Source: Tepidisphaera sp.
GTDB lineage: Bacteria; Planctomycetota; Phycisphaerae; Phycisphaerales; UBA1924
Length of the DNA: 64,000 nt
Direction of reading: 5' to 3'
Assembly: GCA_050916045.1 (NCBI GenBank)
Contig: CP051526.1
Coordinates: 3,936,001-4,000,000 of the forward strand
The stretch's first letter is position 1. Each line of letters begins with the position of its first letter. The position numbers were made by a program, and so were the translations under genes. Below are positions 40,222-50,587 of this stretch, in pieces. The notes below the pieces were generated by a model. That model ran no database searches. It saw nothing but the letters and a program-made list of their open reading frames with translations, and was not told where the DNA came from.

Positions 40222-42312
40222 TCACTTGCCCGTCAGTTCCTTCACCAGCTCGTTCGCTCCGTACACCGTACGGAAAGCTTCGACCATGCCGCGTGAGTCC
40301 ACGGCGACCGCGCGGCCAGACTGCGCATCGAACGCGAAATTGCCCACAAGCGAGTGGATGTTGCCGTCAAAGATCAGCCCGACGACCTCGCCCTTGGCGT
40401 TCACCACCGGAGACCCCGAGTTGCCTCCGATGATGTCCGCGGTGCAGATGAAATTGAACGGCACACCCTTCAGCGCGTCCTGCTTCTGAAGCCAAGCCGA
40501 CGGCAGGCCAAAGCCATCCTGCCCCTTGCGCTCCTCGTACCGGCGGAAAAGCCCCGAATACTCCGTGAACGCCGGCACCGTCTCGCCCGCCAGCGAATAC
40601 CCCGAGACCGTCCCGTACGACAACCGGAGCGTAAAGGTCGCATCGGGATAGACGCCCTCTCCCTCGACCGCAAACTTCGCCGCCGAGATCCGCGCGTACG
40701 CGTCGCGAAGAGGGGACTCCACCGTGTCCTCGTACCGCGTGCGGAGAGAACGCCACTCCGGGTCCAGCGCGGCCGCAAAGGACAGCAGCCCCGGCGCCCC
40801 CTTTTCCGCCAAGCCCCGTGCACCGGCTTCCACCAGCGTGCGACGGAGCATCACATCGGCCAAAGGCGTCCCCGCGATCAGCTCGGCCGCCCTCGCCGAG
40901 GGAGACTTGCCCGCCAAAAGCGTCCTGACCAGCGGGTCCTCGGCTCCAAGACGCTCGGCCGCGAACGTCAGCGCCTGAGTCAGGCCATGGATCTCAACAC
41001 TCTCGTAGACCGGCTCGGGCGAGTAAAGCCCAAGGTACACCGACTCAAGCTGAGCATCGCCGTACTCGCGCAGACGATCCTTGTTCGGCTTGGGCAGTTC
41101 CGAAGCCAGTTGAACGATCGTGAACGCGTGCCGCACGAGGTTGGATGCGCCCGCGAGACGATTGACGACCTGCCGACGAACCGCGAACTCCTGCTCGGCC
41201 CGCTTGATCCTCGCGACATCATCCCACGCCGAACCCCACTTGGCGTTCATCGCCGGGTCCTTCGCGACCGCTTCGCGAAGCTTCTGCTCCGCCGCCGCTT
41301 TGGCCGCCATCAGATCGGGATTGAGCAACCCCTCGTACTGCCCGGTGATCGCTTTGCGGCCGTTGGCGACGCCGAAAAGCTCGTCGGACACGATGCGCCG
41401 GTGCTCCGCAGAGCGACCGGCGAAGGTCTGTGCTTTGATCTCGCGACGCCAGAGATCCGCGAGACGACGCGGAAACTCCTGATCGCGGGCGATCCTGAGG
41501 TGGTCCACCGTGTGAAGCCTCTCAGTCCGCCCTGGATGCCCGAAGACGAAGACCAGCTCATTCTCCGCCGCCCCCTTCTCCGACCACTTGAGGTGGTTCT
41601 CCGAAGCGAGCGGCTTGCCGTCCTCGTAAATGCGGAAAAAGCAGCAATCAAGGTTGTACCGGGGAAACTCAAAGTTGTCCGTATCGCCCCCGAAGAACGC
41701 GATGGACTCCTCGGGTGCGAAGACCAGCCGCACATCCGTGTACGACTTGTACCGGTAGAGGTGGTACCGCGCGCCGCCGAAAAGCGTCACGACCTGGCTC
41801 TTGAGCTTGGTCGACTCGAGCGATGCCTTCTCAATCTCGGCGATCGCCTTCCGTCGCGCAGCCCCGGCGTCCGCCGCTGACATCCCCTCTTTCACCGCAT
41901 CCCCCACCTTCGACGTCACATCCTCGATCTCCCAGAGGATGTTGAGCTCAAGATCCGGGCAGGCAAGCTCATCCGCACGCGTCCGCGCGATGAAACCGTC
42001 CCTGAGCAGGTTCCGCTCCTTCGTGCTCAGCTTGAGAAGCATGTCCGAGCCGACATGGTGATTGGTCATCACGAGGCCGTCCGAAGACACCAGCGACCCC
42101 GACCCGCCCGTCTGGAATCGCACCGCCGAACGCTGCATGCGGAGAAGCCACTCCGGAGTCGCCGTGAACTTGTGCTTGTCCTTCAGCGCCGCGGGCGGGG
42201 CGTTCACAAGCCACATCCCCTCGTCCGCCCGCGCGGCCAGCGCACCAATCCCCGCCGCAAGCCCGGCGACCAGCATCCACAGACCTTTGACGCTCGTGCG
42301 ATTCTGATTCAT
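40222..42312 (-). CDS. S46 family dipeptidyl peptidase
   Basis: Signal peptide then ADEGMW; GLVMTNHH; FFGGDTDNFEFPR; YPDATFTLRLSYG; DIIGGNSGSPV. Confidence 0.95.
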   Translation of the reverse strand: MNQNRTSVKGLWMLVAGLAAGIGALAARADEGMWLVNAPPAALKDKHKFTATPEWLLRMQRSAVRFQTGGSGSLVSSDGLVMTNHHVGSDMLLKLSTKERNLLRDGFIARTRADELACPDLELNILWEIEDVTSKVGDAVKEGMSAADAGAARRKAIAEIEKASLESTKLKSQVVTLFGGARYHLYRYKSYTDVRLVFAPEESIAFFGGDTDNFEFPRYNLDCCFFRIYEDGKPLASENHLKWSEKGAAENELVFVFGHPGRTERLHTVDHLRIARDQEFPRRLADLWRREIKAQTFAGRSAEHRRIVSDELFGVANGRKAITGQYEGLLNPDLMAAKAAAEQKLREAVAKDPAMNAKWGSAWDDVARIKRAEQEFAVRRQVVNRLAGASNLVRHAFTIVQLASELPKPNKDRLREYGDAQLESVYLGLYSPEPVYESVEIHGLTQALTFAAERLGAEDPLVRTLLAGKSPSARAAELIAGTPLADVMLRRTLVEAGARGLAEKGAPGLLSFAAALDPEWRSLRTRYEDTVESPLRDAYARISAAKFAVEGEGVYPDATFTLRLSYGTVSGYSLAGETVPAFTEYSGLFRRYEERKGQDGFGLPSAWLQKQDALKGVPFNFICTADIIGGNSGSPVVNAKGEVVGLIFDGNIHSLVGNFAFDAQSGRAVAVDSRGMVEAFRTVYGANELVKELTGK

Positions 42313-42356
42313 GCCGGAGCTTAGGTGCCACGCGGGCGGGCTTAGGATGCGTACGC

Positions 42357-42764
42357 ATGAACCCCGAGCCCGACGCCGAACCATCCAGCCCGCCGCAGCC
42401 CCCTCGGAGCAAGCGGACGCGGCGTCAGCGCCTCGGCGAACCCCGCACCGTCGTGCTCGTCGTGGGGGTTCTCATCGCCGCTTCCATCATCCCGCTCCTC
42501 ATCGGCCCGCTCACAGCGCTCCCGGGCCAGATCGCCCTGGCGGTGGCTCTGTTCATCGGCGTGCTGGTCGCGATGTCGATCAAGCGCGAAACCGACCGCA
42601 TCCGTCGTCAGGAAGAAGAACGCTCCGCTCCGCGCTGCCACTTCTGTGGCCGCCGCTACGACGAACCCCTCGAGGAATCCGCCCGCGAACCCGCCGCCCG
42701 ATGCCCCGAATGCGGCCGACCGACGGTCGAAAGCCGGAGCGGCGACCCCGCGGACCGGGCTTAG
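42357..42764 (+). CDS. Small two-TM membrane protein with zinc ribbon
   Basis: Two hydrophobic helices, then CHFCG...CPECG. Confidence 0.72.
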   Translation: MNPEPDAEPSSPPQPPRSKRTRRQRLGEPRTVVLVVGVLIAASIIPLLIGPLTALPGQIALAVALFIGVLVAMSIKRETDRIRRQEEERSAPRCHFCGRRYDEPLEESAREPAARCPECGRPTVESRSGDPADRA

Positions 42765-42834
42765 AGTTCCCCATGACGCTCCCGCGGGCTGCACCCTCCC
42801 TGATCCCATCGCGGTCATCGAAGGCGAGTCGCCC

Positions 42835-43299
42835 GTGAGTGAGAACCTCGGCACGGCGAACAGCGGCCGGAGCGCGATCACTTCATCCCCTTCGCCCTCC
42901 CGCCGAACGACCCTGATGGTGGTTGTTTCCGTCATCGCCGCGCTGTTCCTCGCGCTTCGCGCCTTCCGCGAGGTTGTCCCCATCGGCGCTTCCCCCATCC
43001 CCTGTCTCTTTGCGCGAGTCGAAGGCGGCGAACTCCGCGATCCGAGCGGCGCCCACCGTTTCCGCGTGACATTCAACGACGCGGGAGCGACACACTCCGG
43101 CAACCACTGGTGCTGGATCTCAAGCTACTCCGTCCTCTCGGGCTGGCGGGTCGTCTTGGAGGGCTACGTCGGCCCCGAGCACGCCGTCTCGGGCGAACCA
43201 CTTGAGATCGATTGGTCGACGCCGAAGGTAATCCGCGTGGAGTTCCGCGAAAGCCGGTACGCCCATGAGCAGCGCGTATGGAAAGAAGCGAACTGGTGA
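42835..43299 (+). CDS. Hypothetical membrane-anchored protein
   Basis: N-terminal TM, beta-rich remainder (FNDAGATHSG); start uncertain. Confidence 0.6.
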   Translation: MSENLGTANSGRSAITSSPSPSRRTTLMVVVSVIAALFLALRAFREVVPIGASPIPCLFARVEGGELRDPSGAHRFRVTFNDAGATHSGNHWCWISSYSVLSGWRVVLEGYVGPEHAVSGEPLEIDWSTPKVIRVEFRESRYAHEQRVWKEANW

Positions 43300-43305
43300 G
43301 ACGGC

Positions 43306-44781
43306 CTACTTCTTCGTCGCAAACGGAAGCGTGTCCGGCGTGATGAACACCCGCGTCGTCACCGTAAAGGGAAGCACCGGATTTCCCGACGCGAACGTCG
43401 CTTCCATCATGAACGCACGAAACCCCGTCGCCGGAGCTTCGACCGTCGCCGAATACACAAGCCCCGTCGAGTCCGAAGCCACCACTTCGCTCGACGTCCA
43501 CGTCCGACCCGTCTGATCGATCCGGAAATCCCTGGCTTTCGCATCGCACTGCCAGAGCAGGACCCGCTCGGGCTTGACGTCCGCCTTCGCCGTCACGACG
43601 CTCTTCCCGTTCTCCGCCGTGAGCGTCCACGTCAACTCAGGCCGCTGCTTGCCCTCGACGAACATGGTGTAGAACGCCAGGATCTCAAACGGAGCCATCG
43701 ACCCCGCAAGGTTGTGCCCCGCGTTCGGCACGCTCCGTACCCGCCACTCGCCGCTCAGCTGCTTCTCGTAGTGCTGGAACGAATCCGTCGGGAAGAACTC
43801 ATCGCCCGTCGCGGTCACGATGTACTTCGGCACGCGTTCCACAAACTTCATGTACGCGAGCGGATCCTCGTGCGCGATCACCTTGTTCAGCTCCGGCGTG
43901 CCGAACTTCTTGTCGATCCCGTTGGCGACGTAGTCCCGCAGGGCCGGGGCCCAGAACCCGTAGCTCGCCCAATGGTGCGGCGTCTGAGCCTCCATGTTGA
44001 GCACATCGATCACGATCGGCGCGATCGCTTTCACGCGAGGGTCTACCGCCGCGATCAGCCACGTCGTCCACCCGCGCTTGGAAGCCCCGGTGACGAAGAA
44101 CCCCTCCAGCTTCATCCCCTTGTCGATCACCTTGCCCTCAAGCTTCGCCGGTGAAAGGTCGCGGCCGGCGAGAAACTGCTCGGTCGCATCCATCGCCCGC
44201 TTGACGGCTTTCACCATCGGAAACCGGCCGATCCACCGCGCATCATCGTGCTTGATCGCGAGGTTCCACGACTGCGACAGGAGGTCGTCCTCGCGCCGCG
44301 GCTTGCCGTCCTCGATCGCGAGCGGTTGGTTGGGAATGTTGTCCACGGCGCAGCACACCGCGCCCGAAGCCTGCACCAGCCGCATGAACTCCGCCCGCGC
44401 CGGCGTCCGCGGCTCTTCCCGCCTCGACCCGCCGTCGATCAGCATGATCGGAACCGTCCGCCGCACCGCATGCGGCACCCCGACCGTCAGCCAGTGCGTC
44501 CACACCGGCTCGCTCACCTCGGCCGCCGTCCGCCACCGCTGCGACGTCAGACGGATGTCGTAAAGCGTCATCCCCTCCAGCGGCGTCGTCCGCACCAGTT
44601 CCCACTTGAACGCGCCATCATCCTCGGCGACGTACTTGCCAAGTGCCGACTCCGCAGCGGTCTGGACCGACGAAGGCGCGCCCTCGGAAAGCCTGAATGC
44701 AGGCTCCGGCTGGGCAACGCACACGGAAACCGCAAAGAGACTCGGCAGAAGCAGAAGGTGAGTAAGCATGCGAGCAAGCAT
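43306..44781 (-). CDS. PqaA-family (PhoPQ-activated pathogenicity-related) alpha/beta hydrolase, exported
   Basis: LTSQRW, IPNQPL, FPMVKA, VTGASKRGWTTWL, APIVIDVLN, GDEFF, VPNAGH. Confidence 0.92.
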   Translation of the reverse strand: MLARMLTHLLLLPSLFAVSVCVAQPEPAFRLSEGAPSSVQTAAESALGKYVAEDDGAFKWELVRTTPLEGMTLYDIRLTSQRWRTAAEVSEPVWTHWLTVGVPHAVRRTVPIMLIDGGSRREEPRTPARAEFMRLVQASGAVCCAVDNIPNQPLAIEDGKPRREDDLLSQSWNLAIKHDDARWIGRFPMVKAVKRAMDATEQFLAGRDLSPAKLEGKVIDKGMKLEGFFVTGASKRGWTTWLIAAVDPRVKAIAPIVIDVLNMEAQTPHHWASYGFWAPALRDYVANGIDKKFGTPELNKVIAHEDPLAYMKFVERVPKYIVTATGDEFFPTDSFQHYEKQLSGEWRVRSVPNAGHNLAGSMAPFEILAFYTMFVEGKQRPELTWTLTAENGKSVVTAKADVKPERVLLWQCDAKARDFRIDQTGRTWTSSEVVASDSTGLVYSATVEAPATGFRAFMMEATFASGNPVLPFTVTTRVFITPDTLPFATKK

Positions 44782-44838
44782 AGTGTCGGTCGCCTTCGGC
44801 ACACCGTCAACGTCCATGCGCTCTCCAAACAATCGAGC

Positions 44839-45339
44839 ATGCTCACCCGACCCGTCCATCTGGTGCACTTTGATCGGCGCTGGAGCCAACCCGTTCGCCT
44901 CGCCCAAGCCGGGTTCGGGTTCTTTGCGTTCATACTCCTCGGATTCGCCACGCTCATGGCGCTCATCGAGATCGGAACGAGCCCTCGCTTCTCTCGCACC
45001 GCCCTGATCGTCTGGGCTGGCTGCACGGTGCTTGAGACGCTCCACGTGTACGTGCTTGCACGGTTTCCCGGACGCTCGACGAAGAAATCGTGGCTGATCT
45101 TCATCGCGGCGATTCTCGCGATGATCTGGAACAACTGGAACGTTGTCGCGGACCCACGAGCCAAGGTCTTTCTCACTTCGCTCGCGATCGGCGGAGCCCT
45201 TTGGATTGGAATGATGCGCCTCATGTCCATCGGCTTGGGGAACTGGCTTCACGACCGGCCGGTGTACTCGTGGATCGTCGCGGCAATCGCTTGGCTGCCG
45301 CTGGTTGCTTATGTGATTGTCCTCGTTCGAATCCCCTGA
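44839..45339 (+). CDS. Hypothetical integral membrane protein
   Basis: About five hydrophobic segments; fills the gap between pqaA and acnA. Confidence 0.6.
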   Translation: MLTRPVHLVHFDRRWSQPVRLAQAGFGFFAFILLGFATLMALIEIGTSPRFSRTALIVWAGCTVLETLHVYVLARFPGRSTKKSWLIFIAAILAMIWNNWNVVADPRAKVFLTSLAIGGALWIGMMRLMSIGLGNWLHDRPVYSWIVAAIAWLPLVAYVIVLVRIP

Positions 45340-45486
45340 ACGACCCACTCGAAGAAGGATTCGTCCCTTCCATCCATAAACAATGATTATTCGTGAGGTA
45401 ATCGGCATCGATTCGATTCATGCCGATACCAGTGTACTGTTCATCGTTCCCCCCACGGTTCACCTGCTTTCGAAGGAGATTCCCCC

Positions 45487-48270
45487 ATGTCCACCTCCCC
45501 CCGCCCCGACCCCTTCCAAGCCCGCCAGTCCTTCAAGACCGCCCACGGCACCTACAACTACTTCTCCCTCGCCGCTCTCAACAAGGTCGGCAAGGTCGAC
45601 AAGCTGCCCTACTCGATCAAGGTCCTCCTCGAGAGCATGCTCCGCAACCTCGACGGCTTCATCGTCACCGCCGACGACGTCGCCGGCCTCGCCAACTGGA
45701 ACGCGAAAGCCCCCGCGAAGGAAGAAATCCCCTTCATGCCCGGCCGCGTCGTCCTTCAGGACTTCACCGGCGTCCCCTGCGTCGTCGACCTCGCCGCGAT
45801 GCGCGACGCCATGAAAGCCCTCGGCGGCGACCCCAACCTCATCAACCCCCTCGTCAAGTGCGACCTGGTCATCGACCACTCCGTGCAGGTCGACGCTTTC
45901 GGCTCGGGCCAGGCTCTCACCATCAACGCCGGCAAGGAGTTCGAGCGCAACAACGAACGCTACGAGTTCCTCAAGTGGGGCCAGCAGTCCCTCAACAACT
46001 TCACCTGCGTCCCCCCCGCCACCGGCATCGTCCACCAGGTCAACCTTGAGTACCTCGCTCCCGGCGTCCTCACCCGCGAGGACCGCGCCACCGGCGAGAC
46101 CGTCGCTTACCCCGACTCCTGCGTCGGCACCGACAGCCACACCACCATGATCAACGGCCTGGGCGTCGTCGGCTGGGGCGTCGGCGGCATCGAAGCCGAA
46201 GCCGTCATGCTCGGCCAGCCCATCTACATGCTCACCCCCGAAGTCATCGGCATGCGCCTCAAGGGCAAGCTCCCCGAAGGCACCACCGCCACCGACCTCG
46301 TCCTCACCGTCACACAGATCCTCCGCAAGAAGGGCGTCGTCGACAAGTTCGTCGAGTTCTTCGGCGAGGGCCTCGCTTCCATGTCCGTCCCCGACCGCGC
46401 CACCATCGCCAACATGGCTCCCGAATACGGCGCCACCATGGGCTTCTTCCCCGTCGACCAGGCCACCCTCGACTACATGAAGTTCACCGGCCGCGACGAC
46501 GCCACCGTCGCCCTTGTCGAAGCCTACTGCAAAGCCAACGGCCTCTTCTGGACCCCCGGCTCGCCCGAGCCCGAGTTCACCGACGTCCTCGAACTCGACA
46601 TGTCCACCGTCCAGCCCAGCCTCGCCGGCCCCAAGCGCCCTCAGGACCGCGTCGAACTCAAGAACGTCAAGTCCGAGTTCTTCAAAGCCATGGCCGCTCC
46701 CCTCGGCAACACCTCCTTCGGCATGCCCGCCGACAAGATCTTCGGCTCCGTCGGCACCGTCAAACACGCCGACGGCACCACGCCCAGCAAGATCACCCAC
46801 GGCGCCGTCGTCATCGCCGCCATCACCTCCTGCACCAACACCTCCAACCCCGACGTCCTCATCGCCGCAGGGCTCGTCGCTCGCAAAGCCCGCGCCCTCG
46901 GCCTCACCCGCAAGCCCTGGGTCAAAACCTCCCTCGCCCCCGGCTCCAAGGTCGTCACCGCCTACCTCGACAAAGCCGGCCTCTCCGCCGACCTCGACGC
47001 CATCGGCTTCAACACCGTCGGCTACGGCTGCACGACCTGCATCGGAAACTCCGGCCCCCTCCCCGAAGAGGTCGACGCCGCGATCAAGGAAGGTGACCTC
47101 TGCGTCGCTTCCGTCCTCTCCGGCAACCGCAACTTCGAAGGCCGCGTCCACCAGAACGTGAAAGCCAACTTCCTCGCCAGCCCGCCCCTCTGCGTCGCCT
47201 ACGCCATCGCCGGAAGCGTCGCCATCGACCTCGCCACCGAACCCCTCGGCACCTCCAAGAACGGCAAGCCCGTCTTCCTCAAGGACATCTGGCCCTCCCT
47301 CAAGGAAGTCCAGGACACCAAAGCCCAGTGCCTGAATCCCGAACAGTTCCGCAAGGAATACGGCAACGTCTTCAACGGCAACACCCAGTGGAACGCCGTC
47401 CCCGTCTCCAAGAGCGAGCAGTACAAGTGGAACCCCGCTTCCACCTACATCCAGCACCCGCCCTACTTCCAGGGCATGTCCGCCAAGCCCACCACGCCCG
47501 GCGCCATCCGCGGCGCCCGCGTCCTCGCCGTCATGGCCGACAGCGTCACCACCGACCACATCTCCCCCGCCGGTGACATCGCCGAAGCCAGCCCCGCCGG
47601 AGACTACCTCAAGTCCCTCGGCGTCCGCAAAGCCGACTTCAACTCCTACGGCTCACGCCGCGGCAACGACCGCGTCATGACCCGCGGCACCTACGCCAAC
47701 GTCCGCATCAAAAACGCCCTCGCCAAGGACCCCGCCTCCGGCAAGATCAAGGAAGGCGGCTGGACCCGCGACATGTCCAAAGCCGGCTCCGGCAAGATTG
47801 ATTTCATCTACAACGCCTCGATGAACTACCAGAAGGAAGGCACGCCCCTCATCGTCCTCGCCGGCAAGGACTACGGCATGGGCTCCTCTCGCGACTGGGC
47901 CGCCAAAGGCACCCTCCTCCTCGGCGTGAAAGCCGTCATCACCGAGTCCTTCGAGCGCATCCACCGCTCCAACCTCGTCGGCATGGGCGTCCTCCCCCTC
48001 AACTTCACCGACGGCCAGAACGCCGCAAGCCTGGGCCTCACCGGCGAAGAGACCTTCGACATCCACGTCCCCGTCAGCGCCGAAGGCCTCATCGAACCCC
48101 GCTGCGAAGTCAAGGTCATCGCCACCCGCGCCGACGGGTCCAAAGTCGAGTTCACCACCCGCTGCCGCATCGACACCCCCGTCGAAGCCGAGTACTACAA
48201 GAACGGCGGCGTCCTCCACACCGTCCTCCGCCGCCTCCTCAACGAATCCCGCAAACCCGCGATGGCGTAA
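45487..48270 (+). CDS. acnA: Aconitate hydratase A
   Basis: [70 protein letters not shown] Shine-Dalgarno. Confidence 0.98.
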   Translation: MSTSPRPDPFQARQSFKTAHGTYNYFSLAALNKVGKVDKLPYSIKVLLESMLRNLDGFIVTADDVAGLANWNAKAPAKEEIPFMPGRVVLQDFTGVPCVVDLAAMRDAMKALGGDPNLINPLVKCDLVIDHSVQVDAFGSGQALTINAGKEFERNNERYEFLKWGQQSLNNFTCVPPATGIVHQVNLEYLAPGVLTREDRATGETVAYPDSCVGTDSHTTMINGLGVVGWGVGGIEAEAVMLGQPIYMLTPEVIGMRLKGKLPEGTTATDLVLTVTQILRKKGVVDKFVEFFGEGLASMSVPDRATIANMAPEYGATMGFFPVDQATLDYMKFTGRDDATVALVEAYCKANGLFWTPGSPEPEFTDVLELDMSTVQPSLAGPKRPQDRVELKNVKSEFFKAMAAPLGNTSFGMPADKIFGSVGTVKHADGTTPSKITHGAVVIAAITSCTNTSNPDVLIAAGLVARKARALGLTRKPWVKTSLAPGSKVVTAYLDKAGLSADLDAIGFNTVGYGCTTCIGNSGPLPEEVDAAIKEGDLCVASVLSGNRNFEGRVHQNVKANFLASPPLCVAYAIAGSVAIDLATEPLGTSKNGKPVFLKDIWPSLKEVQDTKAQCLNPEQFRKEYGNVFNGNTQWNAVPVSKSEQYKWNPASTYIQHPPYFQGMSAKPTTPGAIRGARVLAVMADSVTTDHISPAGDIAEASPAGDYLKSLGVRKADFNSYGSRRGNDRVMTRGTYANVRIKNALAKDPASGKIKEGGWTRDMSKAGSGKIDFIYNASMNYQKEGTPLIVLAGKDYGMGSSRDWAAKGTLLLGVKAVITESFERIHRSNLVGMGVLPLNFTDGQNAASLGLTGEETFDIHVPVSAEGLIEPRCEVKVIATRADGSKVEFTTRCRIDTPVEAEYYKNGGVLHTVLRRLLNESRKPAMA

Positions 48271-48308
48271 TACCTTTCGTCCTCCACCAAGTGAACAAAA
48301 CCCAGCGA

Positions 48309-48340
48309 GCCGGGGCGTGTCGCCCCGGCCTTTTCTTTCT
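48309..48340 (+). terminator. Intrinsic terminator of acnA
   Basis: GCCGGGGCG-TGT-CGCCCCGGC followed by CTTTTCTTTCT. Confidence 0.85.
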
Positions 48341-48380
48341 CTTCTTTCGTTGCGATCTTCATTCCCGTATGCTCCGCCAA

Positions 48381-48446
48381 ATGCCCACCGCCTGGCACCT
48401 CACCATCGGCACCTACGGCATGCGCCTCCACGGCGTGCACGCATGA
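48381..48446 (+). pseudogene. 21-codon remnant resembling the N-terminus of an IS200-like/RAYT (Y1) transposase
   Basis: [21 protein letters not shown]; resembles the xYxITxxTYGxxLxG start that I recall in planctomycete Y1 transposase-like proteins. Confidence 0.4.
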
Positions 48447-48456
48447 GACCCCCCGC

Positions 48457-49212
48457 ATGACGACCCTCGACCGCGACCGCTTCTCCGCCATCGCCCACGC
48501 CACGCACGAGATCTGCAACCCGATCTCCGCGGCCAAGGTCGACCGCGTCATCGGCCTGCTCGAACTCGCGCCGGGCTCGCGCGCTCTCGATATCGGCGCC
48601 GGCAAAGCCCAGATCCTCGCCCGCGCCTGCAACCGCTTCGACCTCGCGGGCACCGCCATCGAACGCTCACCCCTCATGGCCCAAGCCTGCCGCGACACCG
48701 CCTCCCGCCTCTGGCGCGGCTCCGTCGAAGTCCTCGAATCCGACGCCGCTCCCGCTTGCCAAGCCTTCGCACCCGCGTCCTTCTCGCTGATCCTCTGCAT
48801 CGGTTCCTCCCACGCCCTCGGATCCGTCGACCAGACCCTCACGACCGCTCACACGCTGCTCGCTCCCGGCGGCTGGCTCATTCTCGGTGAGGGCTATTGG
48901 AAGCGTGAACCCTCCGCCGACTTCCTCGCCGCCCTGGGCTCGACACGCGATGAACTCCGCACCCACGCCGAGAACATCGAACGCCTCGAAGCCGCAAGCT
49001 TCACGCCCCGCTGGGCCTGCACCGCAAGCGACTACGACTGGGACGAGTACGAGTGGCGCTACTCCTTCAACATCGAGTCCCACGTCGAGAAGAACCCGAC
49101 CGACCCCGACGCCCAAGCCATGCTCAAACGCTCGCGCGAGTGGCGCACCATCGCCCAACGCTGGGGCCGCGATACGCTCGGATTCGGGCTGTATCTGGCC
49201 CGTAAAGCCTAA
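48457..49212 (+). CDS. Class I SAM-dependent methyltransferase (YjhP-like)
   Basis: ICNPIS, ALDIGAGKA, CIGSSHA, LAPGGWLILGEGYW, WDEYE, LGFGLY. Confidence 0.88.
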   Translation: MTTLDRDRFSAIAHATHEICNPISAAKVDRVIGLLELAPGSRALDIGAGKAQILARACNRFDLAGTAIERSPLMAQACRDTASRLWRGSVEVLESDAAPACQAFAPASFSLILCIGSSHALGSVDQTLTTAHTLLAPGGWLILGEGYWKREPSADFLAALGSTRDELRTHAENIERLEAASFTPRWACTASDYDWDEYEWRYSFNIESHVEKNPTDPDAQAMLKRSREWRTIAQRWGRDTLGFGLYLARKA

Positions 49213-49231
49213 TCCCCTACGCTCAGCGGTC

Positions 49232-49651
49232 ATGACGCCAGTCACCAACATCATCTTCGAACAACCCATCGCCTGGGGCGAAATGGACGCTCTCGGCCAC
49301 GTCAACAACGTCGCCTACTTCCGCTACATGGAGTCCGCCCGCGTCGCGTTCCTCCTGCGCCTGGGCATCGACCGCCTCCGCATGGCCGGTGGCGTCGGCG
49401 TCATCCTCCAATCCGCCACCTGCCGCTTCCGCAGGCCCGTCGTCTACCCCGACACCCTCCTCATCTCCTCCCGCGTCACCGCCATCGAGACCGACCGCTT
49501 CACCCTCGAGCACGAGATGACGAGCAAAGCCCTCGCCGATGTCGTCGCCATCGGCCACGGCGTCATCGTCGCGTACGACTACGCCAAGGGAGCGAAAGCG
49601 AAACTCCCCGATGACTGGGCAACTCTCCTGCGAAACCACCTGCATACCTAG
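49232..49651 (+). CDS. Acyl-CoA thioesterase (4HBT/YbgC hot-dog family)
   Basis: WGEMDALGHVNNVAYFRYMESAR, FRRPVVYPD. Confidence 0.93.
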   Translation: MTPVTNIIFEQPIAWGEMDALGHVNNVAYFRYMESARVAFLLRLGIDRLRMAGGVGVILQSATCRFRRPVVYPDTLLISSRVTAIETDRFTLEHEMTSKALADVVAIGHGVIVAYDYAKGAKAKLPDDWATLLRNHLHT

Positions 49652-49660
49652 GACTCGCTT

Positions 49661-50536
49661 ATGCCCGCCTGGCTCTTCGTTCTGGTTCTTGTCTTGTCGG
49701 CGATCCTGGGCAATTTCTTCGTGCCGTCCGTAATTCTGTGGGGAATCGGTCGTCTGCTCCGCACCTCCGCACTGTCAATCCGCCGAATCCTCGCCTTCGC
49801 CAGTCTCCTCTTCGTCGTCGAGCTCTCGCTCTATGTGACGCTTTTCCTAAGCGGCGTTGAACTGATCGAACCCGAGTCGATCGGGCTCGCCCTCGGCATG
49901 GTCATCTTCGGAACGCTCACGAGGATCGCGGTCATCAAACTGTCGCTCCGATGCGGCATTCTCCGAGCGTGTTTGGTCGCCCCGGCCGTGATCGTGCTTC
50001 AACTTGGGATCGTGCTGGTCGCCGGAATCCCGTTCCGAATGAACCTCATTGATCTCTACCAAATACCCACCGAATCGATGTCTCCAACCATTCCCGCCAA
50101 GGGTCGAGTCATGGCGGATCGAACGCTCAGCCCACAAAGATGGGACCTCGTCGTGCACGAATCGATCACCGAGCCAGGACTGTTCTATGTCAAGAGAGTC
50201 ATCGGGCTTCCTGGAGAACTGATCGAGATCCTGCCCGACGGACCGCGTGTCGACGGAAAGCGGATCGAGCTTCCTCCCGAACTCCAGAACCAGCAATGGC
50301 ACCTCACGCCCGAAAACTCCGGCGCTCCCCCCACTCTTGTCCTGAACTCTCCCGTTCAATTGACGGAAGGCGAGTTCTACACCGTCGGCGACAATCTGCT
50401 CCGAAGCTTTGATTCACGATATCAGTCAGCGCTCGCAAGCCCCACGGCCAACCCGGGCGCCATTCCCGCGAACAAAGTCGTTGCTGTCGTTCGGCTTGTC
50501 TATCGCCCCATCTCCTCCGTGCGGTTCTTCCGCTGA
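49661..50536 (+). CDS. lepB: Signal peptidase I with multi-TM N-terminal extension
   Basis: IPTESMSPTI, YVKRVIGLPG, GDNLLRSFDSRY. Confidence 0.88.
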   Translation: MPAWLFVLVLVLSAILGNFFVPSVILWGIGRLLRTSALSIRRILAFASLLFVVELSLYVTLFLSGVELIEPESIGLALGMVIFGTLTRIAVIKLSLRCGILRACLVAPAVIVLQLGIVLVAGIPFRMNLIDLYQIPTESMSPTIPAKGRVMADRTLSPQRWDLVVHESITEPGLFYVKRVIGLPGELIEILPDGPRVDGKRIELPPELQNQQWHLTPENSGAPPTLVLNSPVQLTEGEFYTVGDNLLRSFDSRYQSALASPTANPGAIPANKVVAVVRLVYRPISSVRFFR

Positions 50537-50587
50537 CGCGCAACGTGCATTCAAGACCCTTCGCACGTTCCGATGCACAATGCGGTC

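Noticed and set aside
45425..45440. Iron-responsive element (CAGTGT loop) upstream of acnA
   Set aside because: The flanking five bases (GATAC and ACTGT) cannot form the required stem.
45460..47559. 699-aa minus-strand ORF
   Set aside because: Antisense shadow of the strongly C-biased acnA.
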